A stretch of 64,000 nucleotides of DNA. Origin: an uncultured Microthrixaceae bacterium. GTDB lineage: Bacteria; Actinomycetota; Acidimicrobiia; Acidimicrobiales; VFJN01. The DNA is taken from the NCBI GenBank assembly GCA_963721695.1, contig CAVRKU010000004.1:10927-74926 (forward strand), given 5' to 3'. The translations under genes and the position numbers were made by a program. The notes under the pieces were generated by a model. It made no database searches, was not told where the DNA came from, and saw nothing but the letters and a program-made list of their open reading frames with translations. Shown one piece after another: positions 23,532 to 31,304 of this stretch; position 1 is the first letter of the stretch; the number at the start of each line of letters is the position of its first letter.

Positions 23532-24020
23532 GTGACCGTGGTCGCCCTCACCACCTCCGTCGACCAGACGCGCGAGCTGGGGGCGGCGCTGTCGTCGCTC
23601 GCGCGACCCGGGGACGTGCTGGTGCTGGCGGGTGACCTCGGAGCCGGAAAGACCGCCTTCGTGCAGGGGTTCGGGCGGGGGTTGGAGGTCGAGGACCGGA
23701 TCACGAGCCCCACCTTCACGCTGGTGCACGTGTACGAGGGGCGGCTGCCCGTGTACCACCTCGACGTGTACCGGCTCGGGCAGCTGAGCGAAGCCCTCGA
23801 CCTCGGGCTGGCCGAGATGCTCGACGATGGCGGCGTGGTGCTCATCGAGTGGGGCGACGCCATCCGACCGGTCCTGCCCCACGACTACCTCGAGGTGCGG
23901 GTGACCTTCGGTCCCGACGATGACGACCGGTACCTCGCCTTCCAACCGGTCGGTCCTGCGTGGGCGCCACGGGCCGACGCGCTCGCCGGTGTCGTGTCCC
24001 CGTGGGGAGCGACCATCTGA
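23532..24020 (+). CDS. tsaE: tRNA t6A biosynthesis ATPase TsaE
   Basis: LAGDLGAGKTAFVQG...SPTFTLVHVY...HLDVYRL. Confidence 0.88.
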   Translation: MTVVALTTSVDQTRELGAALSSLARPGDVLVLAGDLGAGKTAFVQGFGRGLEVEDRITSPTFTLVHVYEGRLPVYHLDVYRLGQLSEALDLGLAEMLDDGGVVLIEWGDAIRPVLPHDYLEVRVTFGPDDDDRYLAFQPVGPAWAPRADALAGVVSPWGATI

Positions 24021-24724
24021 TGCTGATCCTCGGCATCACCACCTCCACCGCCCAGGTCGGCTGCGCGATCGGTGGCCACGAAGGCGTGCTGGGCGCGATC
24101 CACTCGGCACGCGGCCGTCGGCACGCCGAGACCCTCACGCCGGCGATCGAGTTCCTCTGCCGGCAGAGCCGAGTGGAGCTGAGCGACATCGGGGCGATCG
24201 CCGTCGACCTCGGCCCGGGCATGTTCACGGGCCTCCGCGTCGGCATCGCGGCTGGCAAGGCGCTCTCCCACGCGCGCCGGCTGCCCATGATCGGCGTCAC
24301 CAGCCTCGATCTCCTCGCCTTCCCCCTGCGGCACTCGTCGCGGCGCATCGTGTGCGCGCTCGACGCCGGCCGGGGGGAGATCTTCCATGCCAGCTACCGC
24401 CAGTCACCCGGCGGTGTGCAACGGATCACCGCTCCCCAGGTCGCGTCCCCGGACGAGCTCGCCTCCGAGCTGCAGGCCGCCGGCGAGGAGGTGCTCCTCG
24501 CCGGGGACGGCGCCCTGCGCTACGCCGCCGAGTTCGAGGCCGTCCGACGCGTCGAGCTGGCGGACCGCGGCGAGGCGTACCCCCTCGCCGGTTCGCTCGT
24601 GCAGCTGGCGCACGCCCGCGCCCTCCGCGAGGAGTTCGTGAGCCCCGCGGAGCTGACCCCCACGTACCTGCGGAAGCCCGACGCCGAGATCAACTGGGCG
24701 ACCCGTGATGGAGTCGGCAGCTGA
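24020..24724 (+). CDS. tsaB: tRNA t6A biosynthesis protein TsaB
   Basis: MLILGITTSTAQVGCAI...GPGMFTGLRVGIAAGKAL. Confidence 0.88.
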   Translation: MLILGITTSTAQVGCAIGGHEGVLGAIHSARGRRHAETLTPAIEFLCRQSRVELSDIGAIAVDLGPGMFTGLRVGIAAGKALSHARRLPMIGVTSLDLLAFPLRHSSRRIVCALDAGRGEIFHASYRQSPGGVQRITAPQVASPDELASELQAAGEEVLLAGDGALRYAAEFEAVRRVELADRGEAYPLAGSLVQLAHARALREEFVSPAELTPTYLRKPDAEINWATRDGVGS

Positions 24725-25281
24725 TGGCCCTCCGCGTGCCCCAGCCCGATGAGCTCGACGTCACGATCGGCCCGATGCGCCGGCGCCATCTCCGGTCGGT
24801 GATCCGCATCGAGCAGCAGGTCTATCCGCGCCCCTGGTCGCTCGGGCTGTTCATGAGCGAGCTCGGGTACCGGGGCAGCCGCGTCTACCTCGTCGCCCGC
24901 GTCGGCAGCACGGTGGTCGGCTACGGAGGCGTGATGCTCGTCGCCGACGATGGCCACATCACCACGCTCGCCGTCGACCCGGCGTGGCATCGCCATCGGC
25001 TCGGCACGCGGCTGCTCCACGCGCTCGCCGTCGCCGCCATCGACCGGGGCGCCACGAGCCTGACCCTCGAGGTCAGGGCGAGCAACGACGCGGCCCAGGA
25101 GCTCTACCGCCAGTTCGGCTTCGCGCCCGCCGGGATCCGCAAGGGCTACTACGCCGAGACGAAAGAGGACGCCATCATCATGTGGGCCACCGATGTCGAC
25201 AGCCCCGCGTACGCCGAGCGCCTCGCGGGCCTGGCCGAGGCCGTCCCTGGCACCACCGTCCACGAAGCGCTCGACCGATGA
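24724..25281 (+). CDS. rimI: Ribosomal-protein-alanine N-acetyltransferase
   Basis: GNAT fold TLAVDPAWHRHRLGTRLL...LEVRASNDAAQELYRQFGF, located between tsaB and tsaD. Confidence 0.85.
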   Translation: MALRVPQPDELDVTIGPMRRRHLRSVIRIEQQVYPRPWSLGLFMSELGYRGSRVYLVARVGSTVVGYGGVMLVADDGHITTLAVDPAWHRHRLGTRLLHALAVAAIDRGATSLTLEVRASNDAAQELYRQFGFAPAGIRKGYYAETKEDAIIMWATDVDSPAYAERLAGLAEAVPGTTVHEALDR

Positions 25282-26360
25282 GCGACCTCTCCCGGGGACG
25301 GATCCTCGGCATCGAGACGTCGTGCGACGAGACGGCCGCCGCCATCGTCGAGGCGGGCACGTCGGTGCTGTCGTCCGTCGTCAGCAGCCAGGTCGACCTG
25401 CACTCCCGCTACGGCGGCGTCGTCCCGGAGATCGCCAGCCGGGCCCACGTCGACCTCATCGTGCCCGTCATCGCGCAGGCGTTCGTCGAGGCCGGGCTCT
25501 CGGATCGGCCGGTCGACGGCGAGGGCTGCGAGATCGACGCTGTCGCGGCCACCTACGGACCTGGCCTCGTGGGCGCGCTGCTGGTGGGGGTGTCCGCCGC
25601 CAAGGCCCTGGCGCTGGCGTGGGACGTGCCCTTCATCGCCGTCAACCACCTCGAGGCGCACCTCTACGCCACCCTCCTCGAGGAGCCCGACCTCGAGCTG
25701 CCACTCGTCGTGCTCCTCGTCTCGGGCGGACACACGCTCATCGTCCTGATGGAGGGCCACGGGGACTACCGGGTCCTCGGCTCGACCATCGACGATGCCG
25801 CCGGTGAGGCCTTCGACAAGGTCGCTCGCTACCTCGGCCTCGGGTATCCCGGCGGGCCGGCGATCGATCGGCTGGCCGTCGAGGGCGACGCCGAGGCGAT
25901 CCGCTTCCCGCGCCCCATGGCCGGTGACGGCACCTACGACTTCTCCTTCAGCGGGCTCAAGACGGCGGTGGTGAACCACGTGCGCAAGCACCCGGACGTC
26001 TCGACGGCCGACGTGGCGGCGTCGTTCCAGGAGGCGGTCGTCGACGTGCTCGTGACCAAGGCGCGGACGGCGGCCCGCGAGGTGGGCGCCAAGGGGCTCT
26101 GCCTCGGGGGCGGCGTGGCCGCCAACTCCCGGCTCCGGGAGCAGTTCCTGGGGGCCTGCGTCGAGGACGGGCTGCGCGGCTTCCTCCCGAGCCGGGCCAT
26201 GTGCACCGACAACGCCGCCATGGTGGCGAGCGCGGCCTGGTACCGGTGGCAGAGCGACGGCCCCTCCCCCCTGGACACCGGCGCCCACCCGAATCTGGTC
26301 TCCTCCCTGGACGGCGAAACTGGCACTCGACGGTTGCGAGTGCTGATGCGACGGGCCTAG
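25278..26360 (+). CDS. tsaD: tRNA N6-adenosine threonylcarbamoyltransferase
   Basis: ILGIETSCDETAAAIV...VVPEIASRAH...VSGGHT...GYPGGPAIDRL. Confidence 0.92.
   Translation: MSDLSRGRILGIETSCDETAAAIVEAGTSVLSSVVSSQVDLHSRYGGVVPEIASRAHVDLIVPVIAQAFVEAGLSDRPVDGEGCEIDAVAATYGPGLVGALLVGVSAAKALALAWDVPFIAVNHLEAHLYATLLEEPDLELPLVVLLVSGGHTLIVLMEGHGDYRVLGSTIDDAAGEAFDKVARYLGLGYPGGPAIDRLAVEGDAEAIRFPRPMAGDGTYDFSFSGLKTAVVNHVRKHPDVSTADVAASFQEAVVDVLVTKARTAAREVGAKGLCLGGGVAANSRLREQFLGACVEDGLRGFLPSRAMCTDNAAMVASAAWYRWQSDGPSPLDTGAHPNLVSSLDGETGTRRLRVLMRRA
26320..26346 (+). promoter_or_regulatory. CIRCE-like inverted repeat (degenerate), inside the 3' end of tsaD
   Basis: CTGGCACTC-N9-GAGTGCTGA compared with the consensus TTAGCACTC-N9-GAGTGCTAA. 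Confidence 0.5.
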
Positions 26361-26362
26361 GG

Positions 26363-26389
26363 TTAGCACTCGCACAACCCGAGTGCTAA
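26363..26389 (+). promoter_or_regulatory. CIRCE operator (HrcA binding site) upstream of groES
   Basis: Perfect TTAGCACTC-GCACAACCC-GAGTGCTAA, 35 nt upstream of the groES ATG. Confidence 0.9.
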
Positions 26390-26423
26390 CTCGCTATCGC
26401 AAGCGTCACGGAGGCGCCCAGAC

Positions 26424-26714
26424 ATGTCACTGCAGCCGCTCGAAGACCGAATCATCGTGAAGCCGGGTGAGGCCGAGGAGACCACCGTGAGTGGCCTCGT
26501 CATCCCCGACACCGCCAAGGAGAAGCCCCAGCAGGGCGAGGTGCTCGCGGTGGGCCCCGGACGCCGCTCTGAGCAGACCGGCGAGATCATCCCGCTCGAC
26601 GTCAAGGTCGGCGACACCGTCGTCTACAGCAAGTACGGCGGCACCGAGATCACCGACGGCGGCGACGACGTCCTCATCCTGAACGGTCGCGACATCCTCG
26701 CGATCGTCAAGTAG
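26424..26714 (+). CDS. groES: Co-chaperonin GroES
   Basis: [43 protein letters not shown]. Confidence 0.95.
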   Translation: MSLQPLEDRIIVKPGEAEETTVSGLVIPDTAKEKPQQGEVLAVGPGRRSEQTGEIIPLDVKVGDTVVYSKYGGTEITDGGDDVLILNGRDILAIVK

Positions 26715-28372
<1,658 letters not shown>

Positions 28373-28396
28373 CCCAGGCCCACGCCTGCAGATGTC

Positions 28397-28429
28397 CGGA
28401 AGGGCCGCCCCATGAGGGCGGCCCTTCCG
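28397..28429. terminator. 13-bp GC-rich hairpin between the convergent groEL and rsr genes (candidate bidirectional terminator)
   Basis: CGGAAGGGCCGCC-CCATGAG-GGCGGCCCTTCCG. There is no clear U tract. Confidence 0.55.
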
Positions 28430-28442
28430 CGTATCCGCGCGA

Positions 28443-30036
28443 TCAGAACGGCCACTGGGCGTTGCGGCCGCCCTCCAGCACCTCCATGGCCTTGAAGGTG
28501 GCATCGGTGAAGCCGCCCAGCGTGTACCGGCCCCGCTCGCCGGCCGGCAGCGCCGACGGCCGGTAGCCGCCCAGGTCGAAGGTGTAGATCAGCGGTACGT
28601 GCTCGAGCCGGACCTGACCGGCGTCGTGCTGCTGGTCGTCGGTGAAGAGCACCACCCGTCGATGGCGATCAGGGTCGTACCACTGCTTGATGGCCGTGTG
28701 GCCGAACGTGGCGTGACCGACCGAGCCCACCGACCGCACGATCTGCTCCACCTCGCGCGAGCACCGATGCGCCGCGCCGGCGCCGCATCCGCGCGTTCGT
28801 CTGGCCGTAGACCACGACATCGACGGCCGCGGCACGGTGTGCCGTCGCCATCGGCCATGACCGCGGCGATCTCGACCCGCTGCAGCGTGGATCGACCGGA
28901 CACCGCCGCCTGCATCGAGCCCGAGGTGTCGATGACGACGAGGGTGCCATCGAGGGCAGGGATGTTGGCCACGGTGTAGCTCGAGCGTCCGGCCGAGCGC
29001 CCGCTTCCAGGCGTCCGACGGCGCGTGCTTGTACGCCGCCCACACCTGGTACGGGAACAGGCGCGCCTTGGCCACCTCGTCGGCGTCGGTGATCTTCGCG
29101 ATGACCGCATCGATCGACGGCTCCGAGATGCCGGCCTGGTCGAAGTTGCGCAGGTTGCGGACCAGCGCCATCACGCCCATCGACGGGATGACGGCCTCCC
29201 ACGCCTCCGCGTCCATGCCACCCGGCAGCCAGCCCGACAGCCGCTCCCAGGAGACGCCCGCGTCGGCCAGGGCCGCCGGGCCCCGGTCGCGCAGGAGCTG
29301 GCGACGGTCACCCTCGGGCACGGTGGCCAGCGTCGGCCGCCGCGGCGAGGACCGGCAGCAGCGCGGGATCGGCCACGGCATCGTCGTGGTGGCGACGGTC
29401 GAGCAGCCACTTGAAGAGCGCCGACTGGCGCTCGTCGCGGGGCGACGGGTGGGTGAGCTCGACCACGTCGGCCATGCGGATCTGGCGCGACAGCCCGTCG
29501 TACCGCAGCACCGCACGCTCCGTGTAGAGGCGTCGGACGGCGTCAGCGATGCCGCGCTTGACTGGCATCGGGCACGTTCCGACCGTGCGTGGTCAGCCAG
29601 TAGCCGAGCAGCTCGGCCGGCTCGTCGGGCCGCTGGAGGGCCCGGGCGACCACCGACCGACCACCGACCCCTCCGGCCGCCACGTACTCGGCCGCCATCA
29701 CGACGGCGGCCGAACGCATGAGCAGGGTCGAGCGCAGGTACTGGATGAGGCCGACCTGGCCGGCCTCGAGGTCACGACCGGCGAGGAACGCTGGGTTCGC
29801 GGCGGCCACCTCGTGGACGAGCTGCGACGAAGCGGGCGTCGCGGTCCGCGGCGCGCTCGTAGAAGGTGTCCTCGCCGACCATGTTCGTGGCCGCGAGCAG
29901 GAACAGCTCCGACTCGGGATCGCGCGCGAAGGCCTCGCCGCCCTCGTGGGTGCGGAGGCGATCGCGCACGCGTGCGGATCGGTGCGGTCAGGTTGGGGCG
30001 GAGCGGGCGCCGCTTGGTGCCCGAGAACTTGGCCAT
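28443..30036 (-). CDS. rsr: Ro60-related protein Rsr (TROVE plus vWA domains); about 7-8 apparent frameshifts
   Basis: Fragments across three frames: [11 protein letters not shown]; [18 protein letters not shown]; [12 protein letters not shown]; [22 protein letters not shown]; [13 protein letters not shown]; the vWA MIDAS motif [11 protein letters not shown]; and the C-terminus LFTDDQQHD...[13 protein letters not shown] lies 5 nt upstream of the ATG. Confidence 0.85.
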
Positions 30037-30082
30037 GACGCCCTCCTCTCTTATCTCGGTTGATGGGGTGGTTGGGAGTGGG

Positions 30083-30182
30083 TCCGGTCAGGGAACACGG
30101 TGGACGGGCGGTGCCGAGTCGAACGGCAGGCCCGAAGGTCTCTTCGCCAGAGAAGGAAGCCCGTCCTTCGCAGCTGACCGGA
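30083..30182 (-). ncRNA. Y-RNA-like RNA 2 (paralog of Y1; carries a T-arm but no D-arm or acceptor hairpin)
   Basis: 9-bp terminal stem (30083-30091 with 30174-30182). Asymmetric loop CUGCGAA / ACCGUGUUCC. 8-bp helix GGACGGGC/GCCCGUCC (30159-30166 with 30102-30109). UUCCUUCUCU tract. T-arm UGCCG-UUCGACU-CGGCA. Confidence 0.6.
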
Positions 30183-30188
30183 AGGGGA

Positions 30189-30326
30189 AGTTCGGCCTGG
30201 GAACCAAGGCGGCAGGGGTGTGCATGTGCTCTACCGATTGAGCTACGTCCACCGAGTGGACGACGGGACTCGAACCCGCAACCCCATGATCAGAAGGAAC
30301 CCCTGCCTGCGCAGCAGGCCGATCTA
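30189..30326 (-). ncRNA. YrlA-like Y RNA 1 with a circularly permuted tRNA-like domain
   Basis: 8-bp terminal stem (30192-30199 with 30315-30322). Loop CUGCGCA / GCCUUGGUUCC. 8-bp helix GGCAGGGG/CCCCUGCC. Then UUCCUUCUGAU, T-arm GCGGG-UUCGAGU-CCCGU, closed acceptor-like hairpin CGUCCAC-UCG-GUGGACG, and D-arm GCUC-AAUCGGUA-GAGC. Lies about 150 nt upstream of rsr on the same strand. Confidence 0.75.
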
Positions 30327-30344
30327 ACGAGCAGAGACATCGGA

Positions 30345-30419
30345 TGGCTGCGAGGCCAGGGATCGAACCCGGTTCTCCTGGTTCAGAGCCAGGCGTGGTG
30401 CCAGTTCCACCACCTCGCA
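30345..30419 (-). tRNA. tRNA-Gln (anticodon CUG), CCA encoded
   Basis: Acceptor UGCGAGG/CCUCGCA (U1-A72), G73, D-arm GUGG-AACUGGCA-CCAC, anticodon loop CUCUGAA, T-arm CCGGG-UUCGAUC-CCUGG. Confidence 0.85.
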
Positions 30420-30423
30420 TCGT

Positions 30424-30498
30424 TGGTCTGGACGGGAGGACTCGAACCTCCAACCCCCGGCTCCCGAAGCCGGTGCGCTCCCGTTGCGCCACGTCCAG
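30424..30498 (-). tRNA. tRNA-Pro (anticodon CGG), CCA encoded
   Basis: Acceptor CUGGACG/CGUCCAG (C1-G72), A73, anticodon loop UUCGGGA, T-arm GGAGG-UUCGAGU-CCUCC. Confidence 0.85.
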
Positions 30499-30501
30499 TG
30501 C

Positions 30502-30579
30502 TGGTACTGACGGTCGGAGTCGAACCCGACACTGACGGCGGTCTGAGCGCCGTGCCTCTTCCAGTTGGGCTACGTCAGC
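30502..30579 (-). tRNA. tRNA with Leu anticodon CAG but a class-I (5-nt variable loop) architecture, CCA encoded
   Basis: Acceptor GCUGACG/CGUCAGU (G1-U72), A73, anticodon arm CGGCG-CUCAGAC-CGCCG. The T-loop is 8 nt (GUCGG-GUUCGACU-CCGAC) or contains a 1-nt indel. Confidence 0.6.
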
Positions 30580-30583
30580 GATG

Positions 30584-30658
30584 TGGTGGACCGGGCGGGA
30601 TTCGAACCCGCAACCTTCTCCGTGCAAGGGAGCTGCGCTTCCAGTTGCGCCACGGCCC
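30584..30658 (-). tRNA. tRNA-Ala (anticodon UGC), CCA encoded; irregular acceptor register
   Basis: Anticodon loop CUUGCAC, D-arm GCGC-AACUGGAA-GCGC, T-arm GCGGG-UUCGAAU-CCCGC, A73. G1-C72, G2-C71 and G3-U70 form only if the 5' end is at 30658, which leaves one linker nt short. Confidence 0.65.
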
Positions 30659-30659
30659 G

Positions 30660-30730
30660 TGGTCGCGGGAGCGGGGATCGAACCCGCCGGGCGGGGCTTA
30701 TGAGGCCTCGCTGATCCCAGATCTCCCGCA
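30660..30730 (-). tRNA. tRNA with anticodon CAU (Met, or Ile2/initiator undetermined) and a truncated D-arm, CCA encoded
   Basis: Anticodon loop CUCAUAA, T-arm GCGGG-UUCGAUC-CCCGC, acceptor UGCGGGA/UCCCGCG (U1-G72). Only 13 nt (GAUCUGGGAUCAG) lie between the acceptor and anticodon stems. Confidence 0.55.
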
Positions 30731-30733
30731 GTG

Positions 30734-30810
30734 TGGAGTGACCGACCGGACTCGAACCGGCTTCCTCCGGGGCCACGTCCCGGCGTGTCGTCCACTTCAA
30801 CCTCGGCCAC
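30734..30810 (-). tRNA. tRNA-His-like (anticodon GUG), CCA encoded, with C33
   Basis: Acceptor GUGGCCG, anticodon arm CCGGG-ACGUGGC-CCCGG, T-arm GCCGG-UUCGAGU-CCGGU. A8 replaces U8, position 73 is U, and no G-1 is encoded. Confidence 0.55.
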
Positions 30811-30812
30811 AG

Positions 30813-30884
30813 TCGACGAGGAGGGATTCGAACCCCCGGCATCCTCCGTGTGAGAGAGGCGGTCTGCCACTGACCTACTCGTCG
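30813..30884 (-). tRNA. tRNA-Val (anticodon CAC), no encoded CCA
   Basis: Acceptor CGACGAG/CUCGUCG, U8 A9, D-arm GGUC-AGUGGCA-GACC, anticodon arm CCUCU-CUCACAC-GGAGG, T-arm GGGGG-UUCGAAU-CCCUC. Confidence 0.8.
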
Positions 30885-30892
30885 TGGTGTCG

Positions 30893-30966
30893 TAGGGCGT
30901 CGTGGAGTCGAACCACGTCGATCCCGCGATATCAGCGCGGTGCCTTCACCGTCTGGCTCACGCCCG
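30893..30966 (-). tRNA. tRNA-Ile-like (anticodon GAU), no adjacent CCA
   Basis: Anticodon arm CCGCG-CUGAUAU-CGCGG and T-arm CGUGG-UUCGACU-CCACG are both perfect. Deviations: 6-bp acceptor plus a C1/U72 mismatch, G8, a 3-bp D stem and a 6-nt variable loop. Confidence 0.55.
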
Positions 30967-31107
30967 CTGCGTGTCGTGGTCCCGGGCGTGCTCGAACCTC
31001 CTCCTGCCGGGTTTCGATCGGCCGCTCCACCGTCAGAGCTTCAGCGAGGTTCCGCCTGCGGGGTCGGCTGCGGGGAGAACCCGCTGCGTCTCGGATCGAG
31101 TTGGCGT
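30967..31107 (-). other. Irregular tRNA-derived segment that does not fold into a canonical cloverleaf
   Basis: On the minus-strand RNA: D-arm-like GCUC-UGACGGUG-GAGC; arm GCCGA-UCGAAAC-CCGGC (GAA triplet); UUCGAGC T-loop-like motif without a pairing partner; GCGGG-UUCUC-CCCGC (the neighbouring T-arm minus 2 nt). A possible 12-bp helix pairs 30975-30986 with 31113-31124. Confidence 0.35.
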
Positions 31108-31174
31108 CCTCGCCCGGGACCACGCGACCAGGGGCGGTCGGAAGGAAGGAACCCTGGTCTCGCATCGGACGAAG
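31108..31174 (-). ncRNA. Y-RNA-like module 3 (minimal paralog)
   Basis: Outer stem CUUCGUCC/GGGCGAGG (two G-U pairs), loop AUGCGAGA / GCGUGGUCCC, and 8-bp helix GACCAGGG/CCCUGGUC capped by UUCCUUCCUUCCGACCGC. The architecture and motifs match Y1 and Y2. Confidence 0.45.
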
Positions 31175-31177
31175 CAG

Positions 31178-31250
31178 AGCCGGTTGCGGGGATCGAACCC
31201 GCTGCCTCTCGGGTGGGGCCGAGCGTCCTTGCCTTCAGGACCTCACCGGC
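31178..31250 (-). tRNA. tRNA-Gly-like (probable anticodon CCC) with a 6-nt anticodon loop, no CCA
   Basis: Acceptor GCCGGUG (6 bp plus one mismatch), U73, D-arm GUCC-UGAAGGCAA-GGAC, anticodon arm CUCGG-CCCCAC-CCGAG, T-arm GCGGG-UUCGAUC-CCCGC. Confidence 0.5.
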
Positions 31251-31255
31251 GTGGT

Positions 31256-31291
31256 GGTGGTCCCGCCCGGCCTGTTCCGGGCGGGACCACC
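31256..31291 (-). other. 15-bp perfect GC-rich hairpin between the rtcB stop and the first downstream tRNA
   Basis: GGUGGUCCCGCCCGG-AACAGG-CCGGGCGGGACCACC. It lies 14 nt after the rtcB stop and 5 nt before the tRNA 5' end, with no U tract. Confidence 0.6.
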
Positions 31292-31304
31292 TCATCGGCT
31301 GCGC

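Noticed and set aside
30101-30103. TGG (CCA on the minus strand) after a T-arm in Y2, suggesting a normal tRNA 3' end
   Set aside because: No complementary 5' acceptor strand lies at tRNA distance. The CC is part of the 8-bp helix GGACGGGC/GCCCGUCC.
30189-30326. Reading Y1 as a circularly permuted tRNA gene that is processed into a functional tRNA
   Set aside because: The acceptor-like stem is closed by a 3-nt loop and there is no anticodon loop. The position of the anticodon stem continues into two long helices with conserved internal loops that are shared with Y2 and Y3. Location next to rsr fits a Y RNA.
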